DNA from: Saccostrea cucullata
Taxonomy: Eukaryota
Length of the DNA stretch: 64,000 bases
NCBI RefSeq assembly: GCF_032062105.1
Contig: NW_026927584.1
Location: forward strand, 124,001 to 188,000
Direction: 5' to 3'
Of this stretch, positions 50,701 to 62,844 are shown piece after piece. The notes beneath the pieces were generated by a model, which searched no databases, had not been told where the DNA came from, and saw only the letters and a program-made list of their open reading frames with translations. Position 1 is the first letter of the stretch; each line of letters opens with the position of its first letter. A program made the translations under genes and the position numbers.

Positions 50701-53700
50701 TCAGTTGCGCGTTTGAAAGAACCGGAATTAACTTGACGTCAATAAAAGCTTGCGTCCGATATAGCTTACTTGAAAACAACAAACGACAGACGATACATGC
50801 TTGCGGGTGTAGGAAACATGCTTGCGAACCAGAAATAACGAAATTTTATATGATAAATGACTCTAATTCGAGTATCAAACAAACAATAAGGAGATTAGTG
50901 AACTGGTGAGTGTAAAAGCTTTCTATACATGAACGTAAAGACGATCGACGTTTTTTTTTTTTTTTTGCTGACGCCGTAAATAAGACATTCAGTATAATAA
51001 AATAAATGGTGCCTGTTTTGTAGGGTAACATTTGAAATTGACACCCCAAGGAAAACCATTGTCAACCGACGCGTCAGCTACAAAACAGGCACCATTTATA
51101 TACAGTGAGGTTGCCAATAACGAATCGCACCCGTTAACGAATCACTTTCAGATGAAAATTCTGTATTTTTTTAATCAAAGTCCAATACTTAGCTTAACCT
51201 ACCCTGTCATGCTGAATTATTCTTGCTTTTATCATTTATCATAAAATTATTAAATCCAACTCGTTCAATGTCCTAATTTTTAAATAAACATGAACAAGCT
51301 TTTTTGTGACGCTGACCAGAAGCGTACATGCAAGCAGACTACTTTCACTTTTCGGTACCGCTCCAATGTGAATCGTGCATTCTAGGTAAACAAATTTGGT
51401 GCAGATGTTTAATAAAATTATGTGTCTAAAAGCACTGAAAGCGTCATACAATTTCTAAATCAGAAATTAATAGTATTCGCTTTAAAGTTGGGGGGTTTTA
51501 GGTTTCCAATAACGAATCGCTGTTTTAAGAAATATGAGATGCAGGGATCCTGTCCAAATTATATTTTTCGTATGCGGTTTTTTGCACACCAGTTACGATA
51601 AAAAAAACAACAACGGAAGATGTCTACCAAAAGCGTACAATAAAGGTGGTTAAAATACACATAAACAAAATCAGCAGCCAAAATCAGTAAGATTCTCAGT
51701 GGATTTGAGAATGTCTCCCGGTGGTATATATGCATGTAGTAAGCTACTGTGAAGACATCGACGATAGCGAAATAAAGATCGTCATGATTACCGAACAAAA
51801 TTAAGATTTAGAAATTTTATTTATTTATCCCTTTGCAATTTAAACTTCCCTACTAAATCATTATTTCCAACAATACCCCGTTTGCAGTTTTCCTATTCCC
51901 TAAAAAATTATTTCCAGTAATCAATTTTTATTTCTTGTCATGATCAAGATCAAGCTCGTATAATATAAAATGTATATTGCTAACAATACTTTTTCAATTC
52001 AACATCAAGCTAAATAAATTATAAACAGAGTATTATGATACCCCCCCCCCTTTCAACATATACTAGTTAGTAAACATTTGATTTAAATTACACATTGAGA
52101 AAATGATATGCAGACTGCAGCCTTTTGCCTATATGGAATATATGCCACCACTGTCTTCACGTAAAAGGGAGAAAGAGCACCATGAAAGCAGCTAGAGGAG
52201 AATGAGCTGTCTTATTCATTTCTATAGAGACGATGGACAGTTGAAGTAGACCCATGTAAAGTGAAAGGACAACCTCCAGTATAAATCGGAATATTGGTAT
52301 TTAGTCTACTGTGGATGTTGGAATGGAGAAATCCAGCAAATGAGTCCCAACATCATTATTTGTAAAGTTGTCTCTGCTCATCGGAGGAAATTTAGGTGTT
52401 GGGTCTCGACATTTTGAAAATATAATTGTTCCTTTCAGCTTTAGGTATCTCTGAAGCCAGGCTCGTAAGAAGCAATTTCAGTTGGTAGGGGAGGGGTGCA
52501 GAGCCATACATATGCAGTTGAGGAGGCACTATCAACCACCAAAATTCCTTGACAATTAATTAATCAAGCATAAAAAGGTCATCTGAGTTTTTTTTTTTTT
52601 TTTTTTTTGAGGGGGGCACAATCACATATCTAGCGATATATTTTCTATCTCAATAGCGACAAAATTATGAGGAGGGGGTGTGGTAGCTCAATGAGTACAA
52701 TTTTTGAATAAAAAATTAATTCTTCGGCTGTTTGCAGTCCATCACTTATAAGTTTTTACGTCCTCTTATATCAACTAGTCATTTGTTTTCCCTATGATTT
52801 CATTGTTGTTGTTTTTACATTAATTGTCGGATGCAAACAACTCAAAAAATACCTAGCTTTTCTACTTTTTTGGGGGGTGGGTGGGGTTTGAAATATTTTA
52901 AGGCATAGTAAAACGTTACGTAAGAAGGGTATTTTTAAATTTACAGTACACGGTCCTGAACCAGAATAATCAGCTCTATGTCACGTGATTCGGTAATGGA
53001 GAAAATGATCCGGTAAAGGAGAAAACATCATTAATACAAGTACAGCGATAATTTTTTATTTAATCAGTGGTTATTGGGGAAAATATATATGATGTTATAA
53101 GTAAAACATAGTACCACCAAACAATGTTGTAAAATGAATTTAACTCAAACTCAGGTACGAAATATCCAAGCAAATTTACTAAGTGATTCGATAACGGCAA
53201 CCTCACTGTAATGTTTCATTTTTTAAATATACAAACTCTTTTTGAATCTAATTGTTTAAGTTTCTTTTCCACTTCCATCAGTTCTATATATTCCATTTTG
53301 GCCATGATAATCATGCTCTGCTCGACATATGCTCCCATCTTAGCCAGCAGCCTCTCTAGGTTGGCCCTGTAATGTTCCTCCAGTCCTGGGGGCTTGATGT
53401 CTACTGTTCCTTGGCCGAAAACTTTCCCGAGGGATCCATGCTTTGGTTGCCGAATCGTGCGACCAAATGATGAACTGACAACTAAATTGATTAAGACATT
53501 AAGACTTACACAATGTAAAAATAACTATCATTTTAAAAAGTGGGTGAGACCGTTGTATACTATGTAGATACCAATGTTGAGATGTGAAATTGAGTGAATA
53601 AAAACCTGCTTTTTGAAAGAACCATTGTAAGACTAAATATGTTATATTTTGAAGCTAAGTGTTATTATAGTACCTTTTCTCGAATATTTATTAAAGATAT

Positions 53701-53803
53701 CGCAAGTTAAAAATTTTATTTAATTCAATTACGAGACAACAGAGATGAAAATGTTTACGTTAGTGATTTTATTCTACTTTCGGTTTCACTTACCTTCAGC
53801 CAT
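47790..53803 (-). CDS. G7: MIEAP/SPATA18-like domain protein, 8 exons, ~534 aa
   Basis: Exons 53794-53803 (ATG GCT GAA G), 53237-53481, 49971-50156, 49448-49854, 49043-49244 (RLSSFASKQLLAGNPNMADLSDKNRPTKIGEKLGSLYDEEW), 48516-48632 (YAYDFCK), 48249-48389 and 47790-48086 (CIEITWLMCIQDPPM..VWPVLFLHNRGPIVSKGYV). Total 1605 nt, in frame. Exon 53237-53481 aligns with G4 exon 1. Confidence 0.82.
48863..49103. repeat. Tandem triplication (85-89 bp) of a G7 exon 3' end plus its splice donor
   Basis: Three copies of 'acctac(c/t)ctgagta(t/c)tctcagtagaactctcagaca..gtactt(g/a)agctgagt(g/c)tgg'. Confidence 0.9.
50536..51250. mobile_element. Crypton-like non-autonomous repeat; related fragment at ~38497-38720
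   Basis: Both begin 'ttatactt..atgt..aaatctgattgg..attaccc..tagcaac..atgcgcg(t/c)acggttca'. The superfamily is recalled from similar oyster repeats, not verified. Confidence 0.4.
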
Positions 53804-54656
53804 CTTGGTAGATGGGTGGAAACGAATGATTTAAGAAGACTCAACCTAAGTGGCTATCTTTTAATTGAAAAAATATCTATTTTAGTAGAAAAAATTTCAC
53901 AATCTTAAAGGTTTTTATATCCGAATTTGAATATTTTTGTTCATAATTTCAATGTACAATGTACAATGTACACGAAGTAAGATCTGTTAAATGTCTGCAA
54001 GCTTCAATAACAACCTAAAATCAATACATCGAGGTTCTAAACGGGGTTGACTTTAAAAGACGATTTATGATGATTACACCGTGATTGTTTTGAAGAAAGA
54101 AAATTAAACGATAGGAAAGGTAACTCTGGACATCCTGTATAAACAAATACTTCGAATATTATAAATACATGTATACCAGTTTTATTTTATCTTTGTTAGA
54201 ATTATTTTAAAAAGTATTTAAATATTCTGATATATTTATTATATACGTCTTGTTTGTGAGTTTATTATGATTGACCACTGTTTTGTTTCTTAATTTACAA
54301 TAAAATAAAATAGTTTATCAAAATATAAATATTGTATGTATAGTTTAAGGGCTGAGGTTGAAAATTGTTATAGATGGGTGAAGATCCATAACTTAAAACT
54401 TGAACATTTCCTTCAATTAAGTAACAGACTTGTTTGATTATATAGCAAAAGTATTTAATAAGACGTTAAAATCTGGCAACAGTGTAAAGTTTCTATAGAT
54501 CACATTTAGAAAGACATGTTGATGTTCTCTTGTCATATATTTTAGATGTGAATTTACCAAAATAGTTTCAGTTTATCAATGTTTTATCGACGAAAAAAAT
54601 ATTCCATATAGCTTCTTGTATAAAGATGAGGCGGCAGGTCCTCTGCATGTATATTC

Positions 54657-55330
54657 TATTTCATTTTTATGCCCTCGTAATCGAAGTTTCGGGGGTATAG
54701 AGTTCTTGCCCTGTCCCTTTGTTTGTATGTTGATCTGTTTTCCGCAAAAACTTTAACCCTTTCCATAATTTTTGAGTGGGTGGCACTATGGCTTTCATAT
54801 TTCACAGGTGTATTCCTTTTGATAAGACCTTTTTTGGTCCCAACAAATTTGACCTCTTGATCTTGGAGTTTGACCATAACCATTACTTTTGAATAGTTGG
54901 TGCTAGGGCTTTCATACTTTAATTATGTATTCACTGTAACAAGACCTTTCATTAGGTATTAAATTTTTTTACCTTGACATTAGAGTTTGACCTGCTTTGC
55001 AAAACTTTGACCTTAGCCATAATTTTTCAACCGTTAATACTAAGGCTTTCATATTTCACATGTGTATTCCTTGTCACAAGACCTTTTTTTGGATACAGAC
55101 CATTTTGACCTTGATCTTAAGAGTTTGACCCACTTAAAAACTAACCCTACCATAACTTTTGAACAGATAGAACTGGGCTTTCATAATTCACCTCAGGTGT
55201 ATTCCATGTGAGAAGACCGTCCACTGGGTACCAACAATTTTGGCCTTGATCTTGGAGTTTAGTTTGAACAATTTCAATCCTCGACATTAGCTGCCATACG
55301 GGGGCATCACTGTTTCACAAACACTATTTT
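54657..55330 (-). mobile_element. HINE-like element with 'ttgaccttg..gagtttgacc' tandem repeats
   Basis: Hairpin 'tatgccctcgtaatcgaagtttcgggggtata' plus ~130-bp internal units. Same family as 62165-64000. Confidence 0.6.
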
Positions 55331-56084
55331 TGCGAGCTCACGGAAAACGTCGACCAAGCAGGTGGATATGAAAAGCTTAGCTTTTTATTGTCAGTTTTAG
55401 TTTTAAAACAAACTTATCTCTGCAGTTTTAGCATAGTAGGGTTTACGTGCTGTTTTTTTTTTTTTTTTACAGATTAGAAGATAAAACAAGAAACTTTAGA
55501 TGATATGATTCACGAACTGTCATTCTTTTCATAACTAGAAACAGTAAATTCGTAGTCCAGTAGAAAAGACAAACGTACAATGTAGTGGCTAGCGCTCTGA
55601 AGAGTTAGAAATTAAGTTTTTTTTGTACGTTTATACATTATCAGTTTCCCTACATTTTACAGTTGTTGGACAGTTTAGGTGGGATACAGGAGTAAACATC
55701 ACATAGAGTTTGAAACACACATGATTATTTATTAGGAATTTATACAGTGACCATTTATTTTTAAATGTTCAATCAATTCCGATTTATTTTTTCATCGAAA
55801 TATCATTTAACCTTTAAAGTGTTTTAACAACAAAGCTTCAGAATCTTTTATAATGATTTTTTGCTGGATCTATGCATCAAGCCTGTGAACATTTTTGGTG
55901 TTATTTGTTTCCAAAAGTACATTAAAATCTACCAGTAATCATTTACCGTATCAGCTAATAATTATGGAATCGGTGAAGTGCTTGTCAAATGTATGTATAA
56001 GTAAAGGTATATACATTTATAAAGCAGTTTAAACTAATCAAGGGACTAAAAATTGAATGTCTTTCTGTTTAAAGGAAATATATC

Positions 56085-57210
56085 AAAAGGCCCACTGGCC
56101 TTATAGATCACCTAATTATCATGCAACAATTTTCCAACATTTTAATTTGGTTTGTGTTTTAAACCAGTGGCCATGAAATTCGCAATTGTGAAAGAGGCAC
56201 CATTGCTCATCATAACTATACACTTAACATGCTTACTTTGACAGAGGCAGAGCTGAAGAACAAGGAAAAATGCATTTCCGCCATATAATCAGTAGAATCC
56301 CACCCAACAGGAACCACTGACCCTGCATGGGGTCACACATTTAACAATTTTGGAAATACCAAAGAGCATATAAAAGCATTAATTCAATTTCAGCACTATA
56401 GTATTTAATCATTAGACCCCCTAATACACAGTACCTTTAACCAAGGGGCAATGAAATTCACAATCCTAGAAGAGGAATTCTTCCTCGTCATACATGTAAC
56501 CATGTACTTGGTTTATCGGCTAATAACTAGAAGTTTTAAGTTTTCACTTTGTCTATATAATCATCAGAGCCCCGCCTTAAACCAGAATCCCTGAACCAGG
56601 GGCTATGAAATCCACAATTGTGTAAGAGGAACTTGCTCATCATAACAATATATTTAGTTCATCAGCTTAATACCAAGGAACAGAGAAGGTTTCAATGAAT
56701 TAATTCTTTTTCACTATAAAATCATTAGAGTCCCATCCTAACACCAGAACCCCTGACCCAGGGGCCATGAAATTCACCATTTTGGAAAAGACACTCTTCC
56801 ATATCATAACTACTGCAGGAGCCGATGAGAAGATTTTCAATGAATTAATGCATTTTCACTTTACAACTATACAGTAGTATATGCATTAGAGTCCTGCCCT
56901 AGCGTTAGAACCCCTGACTCAGGGACCATGAATTTCACAATTTTGGCAGAGAGCTCAACGCTTATTACAATCATGCCAACAGTGCATTGATTTTGATGGT
57001 TTAAGCCCCATCCCTTAGGCCCGAAGGGGGTGGGGGGGTCATGGGCTTTGAATTTAAAAAAGTTTTACTCCCCTTTATCCATACGATGCCAAAATTGGTT
57101 GAAATTGGTTCAGTGAAGAAAGTTAAAATGTTCAAAAGTTTCGACCGACGAATGACGACGGACAAAAAACAGATAGCAATAGTTCACCTGAAGGACAGAG
57201 GTGACCTAAA
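56085..57210 (+). mobile_element. HINE-like element, same family as 2149-3533
   Basis: Same 5' end (ggccttatagatcacct), 'agaacccctgacc..ggggccatgaaattcac' units, and a 3' 'gttcacctgaaggacagaggtgacctaaa' hairpin. Confidence 0.65.
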
Positions 57211-57437
57211 AATCAAAATAATTACATTAAAATGAATTAATCATTATAAATATTTTTAGCATGTGAGAAGATTTGCGTGGATAGCATTTTCAGTGTCTTT
57301 TTTTTCCTTTTCGATTTTCATTAGCAACAATAGCATTAGATTCAAATGGAAAATAGTCTGAAGTACCTTTCTGAAATTCAGAAATGAATGTTGTCTAATC
57401 GTTATGTGAAGAACATTTGATATGGTTAATAGAAAGA

Positions 57438-57808
57438 CAGGCACGTAGCATCGTTTTTGAAAGTGGGGGGGCCAACCTGAGAAAAATTTTTTTTACTTAC
57501 CTGAAAAAGTTGACAAGCAAAAAAAAAAAAATGAAAATTAAAAGTTGCCCAAACTCGAAAATCCTATTTCGTGGGGGGGGGGGGGGGGGGGGGGGGGGGC
57601 TAGTGGGCCAACTTTTTCAAAGCCAACTTACTATCATTTCCAATTTTTTCCTTACAATCCTTGCTATCACTATACTATGGTTGTCACCGTTATAAAGTGG
57701 GGGGCCAACCATCCTATCAATGAACATTTACTATAGTAAAGGTTATGTTGGGGAAAAAAGTGGGGGGGGGCCAGGCCCCACCTGGCCCCCCCGGATGCTA
57801 CGTCCCTG
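57438..57808. mobile_element. hAT5-like MITE
   Basis: TIRs 'caggcacgtagcatc' / 'gatgctacgtccctg', a 5-bp TSD AAAGA on both sides, and a G-rich interior. Confidence 0.7.
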
Positions 57809-58452
57809 AAAGATCAATTATCATTTTTATCTTACAATAAAATTAAAAGTAGGAGGTTAGATTAAAATAATATTTACTATCATACAAATGTACCTACATT
57901 GTGTACCTGAATAACATTAGAAAACATAATGAAGCGATGCTTTTTACATCAGAAGATCACATTGTGTCTTTGCCTGTAAAATAAAATGCATCCACCCATC
58001 CATCCACAAGAGTTATCTTTCTATTTTTCTTGAAAATATTTTTATTGAAACAAAATTTTAATTTATTGATTATAAAAATTCTGAATCTAAAATTTCTGTT
58101 ACAGTGAAAACATTGGCAATTAAAACTTACGTCAAGTAGTCGACATTTGTACATTAGATCAGATTAGAATGAGATGACTACAAAATGACCCTCATTAATA
58201 TTAAACTCTGACAAGACAATGGTGTCATTAAGTTGCTTATGATAATTTTCTTAGAAAGTTATCTTTCTCATAAGAACTTAAGAGGTATATTACATCTTAA
58301 ACAAAATGGATTTCGATTTCTCTACCTGATATATTTTATAGCGCGGTCTAACAGTTTAAAATCAAGTTTACATAATTTGATTCGTGTTGTAAATACTGCT
58401 AGCAAATTATATGCATCTTTTATGCTTTTACTGGCAAATCTATGGAAAGCCG

Positions 58453-59150
58453 TAGGGTACCCCCACATTATTATTATTTTTTCCTATATAATTATACCAA
58501 AAATAATAATGTCATCCAAACTTGCTTTTTACAACATTATTATTATTTTCCTGCAACAATTATAATCTTGTCTGTTAAATGTGTACACATTATTATTATT
58601 GTGTCCTACAATTATAATGATTCACTTCACAATAATAATCTTGCTCAGTCAATATGTAGACACATTATTATAATTTCTCGCCTCATGATTATAATCTTGT
58701 CAGTCTATATTTAAATGTGTACACATTATTATTATTTTGTCCTACAATTATAATGATCCAAACTTTACAATAATAATCTTGCCAGTCAATGTGGACACAT
58801 TATTATAATTTTTCGCCTCATGATTATAATCTTGTCAGTCGATGTTTAAAAACATTATTTTTATTTCACCTCAAAATTATAATAATTATTCTTACTTTTA
58901 ACAATTATAATCATGTTTGCCCAAGCGAACACATTATTTTTATTTCGCTTCAATTTCATGCCAATTTTATTCCACATCGATCATACAATTATAATCTGTC
59001 TTACTCCAACAATAATAATCGCGACCAAAAAAAGTTGCAACATTATTATTATTTAGACGCTTGAAATCAAACGTTTCTGTGATTTTGATGTACTGAACAA
59101 TTATAATCTTGTCAGATTTTCTTTGGGAAAGATTATTATTATTTGGACGC
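58453..59150. repeat. Compound short-period tandem repeat (alternating acattattattatt / acaattataatctt subunits)
   Basis: Read directly. It begins abruptly at 'tagggtacccccacattatt'. Confidence 0.7.
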
Positions 59151-59639
59151 TTGAAAAAGTAAACGTTTGTCTGCCGAAGACAATCACGTGGTTTAAGGCC
59201 ATGTGCTTCCCTAGTATCAACAGTGCCGAGGACGGCGCCAGTGAAAGGCAGGCGGTTTGCCGGTAAGTAAAGATGATTTTGTTATATTAATGTACAAGGA
59301 AGCGAATTCCATTCATTCGATAAAGGAAATGTCTCAGAAATCAGCTGTCAGTATGCTGTTATAAAACGACAGCTTCGGAAAAACTAGTTCGAATTATCTC
59401 TGTACTTTTGTATAGGAGATTGAGTCAATGAGATTGCATCAATGCATGCCATTGCATTGTGAATTTATGTTCCAAATCTAGATAAAGTGGCGTTAAGTTG
59501 AATGATATAGTGTATATATTTATATATTTACTAACAGATATTTTTTTAAAGTTTATTAATAGCTTGTACTTTACAGTTTTAACTTGAATTTTCTCTGAAG
59601 TAAGTTATTCATATTGAGATCTATTGTTATTTACATTGC

Positions 59640-60112
59640 GACTTGGGTCAGTTGAGTTGCCCATATAAGACTGTTTGCTCTACAGTTGCAAAGTTTCGTG
59701 GGTTCGAATCCCATTGTGGGACATGGAGACCAGTCCTTCATATGCAATTTACTATACAATGCACAATATTGATGGAGCTGAAAAGATTTGTATGTACTCT
59801 GCACCCGGTAACAGGAAAAGTGTGTGATGATAGGTACACGTCACAGCAGGTGCGTGACATATACCATGTGATCAGAGGTAGCAGGGCAATCCGTGGCTAG
59901 CACTTCCAGGACTACTACATTCAGATAAAACAGTATAAACCAAGGTCCTGTGTCACAGTAGGTGCTGGCACAAAAAAGATCCCTCACTGCTCAATGGCCA
60001 TAATTGCTGAGTATAGAATAAATTTAAAGCTCTCCACCAGCAAATGGTGGCGTCTCCATATGAATGAAAAATTCTTGAGAGGGACATTAAACAACATAAA
60101 AACAAACAAAAA
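59640..60112 (+). mobile_element. tRNA-derived SINE
   Basis: B-box GGTTCGAATCC at 59701, a body containing 'aagatccctcactgctcaatggcca', and a 3' 'gagagggacattaaacaac..aaacaaacaaa' tail. Confidence 0.65.
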
Positions 60113-60322
60113 ACATTAAGTTAAAAGTCTGATTATTGATAAATTGTCTTGATTGGCTGATTTTATCTATGATTGGATGAAAACAATTTTTATGAAATAA
60201 CTGTTATGTTGCAGATTATGCACAAGTTGAAGAAAGGAGCTGCTGTGGGATGGTAAAAAAAGTTCCAGGTAAAGGACAACCTTTTCCATTTATTTTAAAG
60301 GGGTATGAACATTGCATATTTA

Positions 60323-60529
60323 CTGTAAAATCACAAATTTTCGTGAAGGTTTAATTTTCGTTGTTTTCGAGGTGTGGAGAGACCCACAAATTCATGTCCA
60401 CCATGAAATGTAAAGTGTTACATATAAAACTACTCAACAATTCTTCAGACACAAAATCAAATTCCCAGGATCCAAATTTTTTCCCCAAACCATGAAAGTT
60501 TGAACCCACGAAAATATGTGATTTTACAG
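60323..60529. mobile_element. Tc1/mariner-type MITE
   Basis: TIRs 'ctgtaaaatcaca.attttcgtg' / 'cacgaaaatatgtgattttacag' with a TA TSD. Confidence 0.75.
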
Positions 60530-60570
60530 TAAGTATGTTCACCTCTGGGTCAATCTAATTAAAGTTAAAT

Positions 60571-60795
60571 GTTAGATCTGCTCGCATACTTGCTACTCTA
60601 ACATCTAACAATATCACATAGAGGGTCACATCTAAAGTCAAATTTGTAACAACTGTAGACTTATTCCTTTCAACAAATATTCAATGATTTTGCGGGCGAC
60701 AATTTGATTGGATGATAGAATCTGACCCCTGACTTGACCCTCTGTGAGATGTTGTTACTGGATGTTAGTGTAGCAAGTATGCAAGCGGATCTAAC
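60571..60795. mobile_element. MITE with ~35-bp TIRs
   Basis: 'gttagatctgctcgcatacttgctactctaacatc' / 'gatgttagtgtagcaagtatgcaagcggatctaac'. No TSD is evident. Confidence 0.6.
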
Positions 60796-62164
60796 GCCTC
60801 TGGGTGTTTTTTTTTAAATTCACAGCTTTTAAGAGTTAGATAATAGATTCTAAATTTGAGAATTTCTACATTTTTTACTCAATCATCTGTCACCATGAGA
60901 AATACAAATTATGCTCTAGTTTTTAAAGAATTATTTGCACAATTAATTTCAGGAGCAACAAAGAGTCTTGATTTTTATAGGGGTGCAGATTTTAAAGAAA
61001 GAAAACTGTGTTGTAAAGAAAGAAGATTTTCCATCAAATAATGGTGGATGACAAAGGTAAAGAGGACAGTAATGATTAGAAAGAATTAATTATTTAACAC
61101 AGGGGCAGATTTTTTGTTGCAGTTTGTAAATGCTATTCAAAATGTTTAGCATATAAATTTTTATTAAAATATCATGATGAATGTTCATGCAACTTAATAG
61201 CTCTTATCAATGTTTATAGTTTAAGCATATGAAGATTAATCAAAGTCTCTTGAATAGTTTCTTTAAAACTAAGCTTTGCTCACTAATTTAAAGAAAGATC
61301 AAGGTCAAAAGAAAGATCAAGTAAAATAATGATTATGAAGTTGAATAGATCCCATCAGTATGTATCTGGCACTATCTGCATATATATAAGGTTCGATAAA
61401 AATATCTGAAACAACTTTTGAAACAGAACTTAACATAATTTAACAAAAATTAATGTCAAGGTCAGAAATAAGAAACTCTTATTAATAAAATATATGTATC
61501 AGCATATGAAGTTCAAAGTGTGATGGAAGGACAGTAGGACATGTTATTAAGATTAAGTAAACCTCATTACAAATGTTTATGCTAAGGTGAAGCCACAATA
61601 TTGGGTCATTTTTCATTGAAAAAAGGAACATTTTTTTTTAAATTCTGTGGAACACTAGAACCAAGTGACCTAGGTGAGCATTGTGGCCCATGGGCCTCTT
61701 GTTATGTGTTATTTAATTCATCATGAATCAGGTGGTATAATGATTTTTTATATTTCAGTTCTTCCTATGAATGATGTCATAACCCACTTTGAAAAAAAAG
61801 TTTGTTGGAGAGAAAAGGATCTGAAGAGGGAGAAAGAATTGATTATATTCAGATGGATTTATAGACTGTTAGACCTTTTGCTATCACTTAATTCTGTACT
61901 ATTAGTTCTGCAACACTGAGCCTATAAGCTTTTGACTTGATGGTTTATCTAATTTGAGAGAGCCTAGTCCATTTTTTAAGCATTTCAAGATTAACAATGC
62001 AGAATATGTACACATGTAATGGCAGGTAAAAATCCCACACAAACAGGACACTGATAAGACTGGAATTTAGAGATATTTCATTTCTCTCTTGTGTGAATTA
62101 AAAAAAATTAATGCCAGAAACAATATAATAAATTAATAACTTAGTCTTGTTTTGTGCTTATACT

Positions 62165-62813
62165 TTAATGCCCCCAGAAATGAAGTTTCGAGGGTATACA
62201 GCAAAACTCGCTTAGTACGAACACGGATATTGCGAATAAAGCGGAGTCATCTTGGATCCCCAGCTATATAAATTTAATGAATTTCTTGTATGATTATAAC
62301 GAATTACGGATATAGCGAAGTAATTTCATAGGTCCCTGTGACTTCGTTATAATGGAGTTTTGCTGTATAGTTTTTGTCATGTCCATCTGTCTGTCTGTTT
62401 ATCTGCAAAAGCTTTAACCTTGCCCATACCTTTTGATTTTATTAGTGGAGCTATGACTTTCATATTTCACATATGTATTCTTTGTATTAAGACCTTTCAT
62501 TGGATACCACCAACTTTGACCTTTTGACCTTGGAGATTTACATACTAATAAAAACAATGCAAAGATTAAACTTTTCTAAAATGCAAATTGAATTAATTGG
62601 TACCAAAAGTAGGGTATTCTCACTGGAAAACAATTGTGAAATTTGAAAGTAGTCCAATGTAAAAGTACTTTCAATAAGTACAAATATCTCCAAGGTCAAA
62701 AGGTCAAGGTAATTGATATCCAATGAAAGGTCTTGCCACATAGGATACTTATGTAGAGTATGGAAGCCCTAGCCCTAACCATTCAGAAGTTATAGCCAAG
62801 GTTGAAAATTTTT

Positions 62814-62844
<31 letters not shown>

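Noticed and set aside
52140-52450. GC-richer patch in the G7 intron as an extra exon or eighth paralogue
   Set aside because: The frame opened by the candidate acceptor hits a stop, there are no family motifs, and G7 splices in frame without it.
57417-57736. Poly-Gly ORFs
   Set aside because: They derive from a poly-G run inside a MITE.
59690-59725. tRNA-like GGTTCGAATCCC
   Set aside because: No cloverleaf can be formed; it is the B-box head of a SINE.
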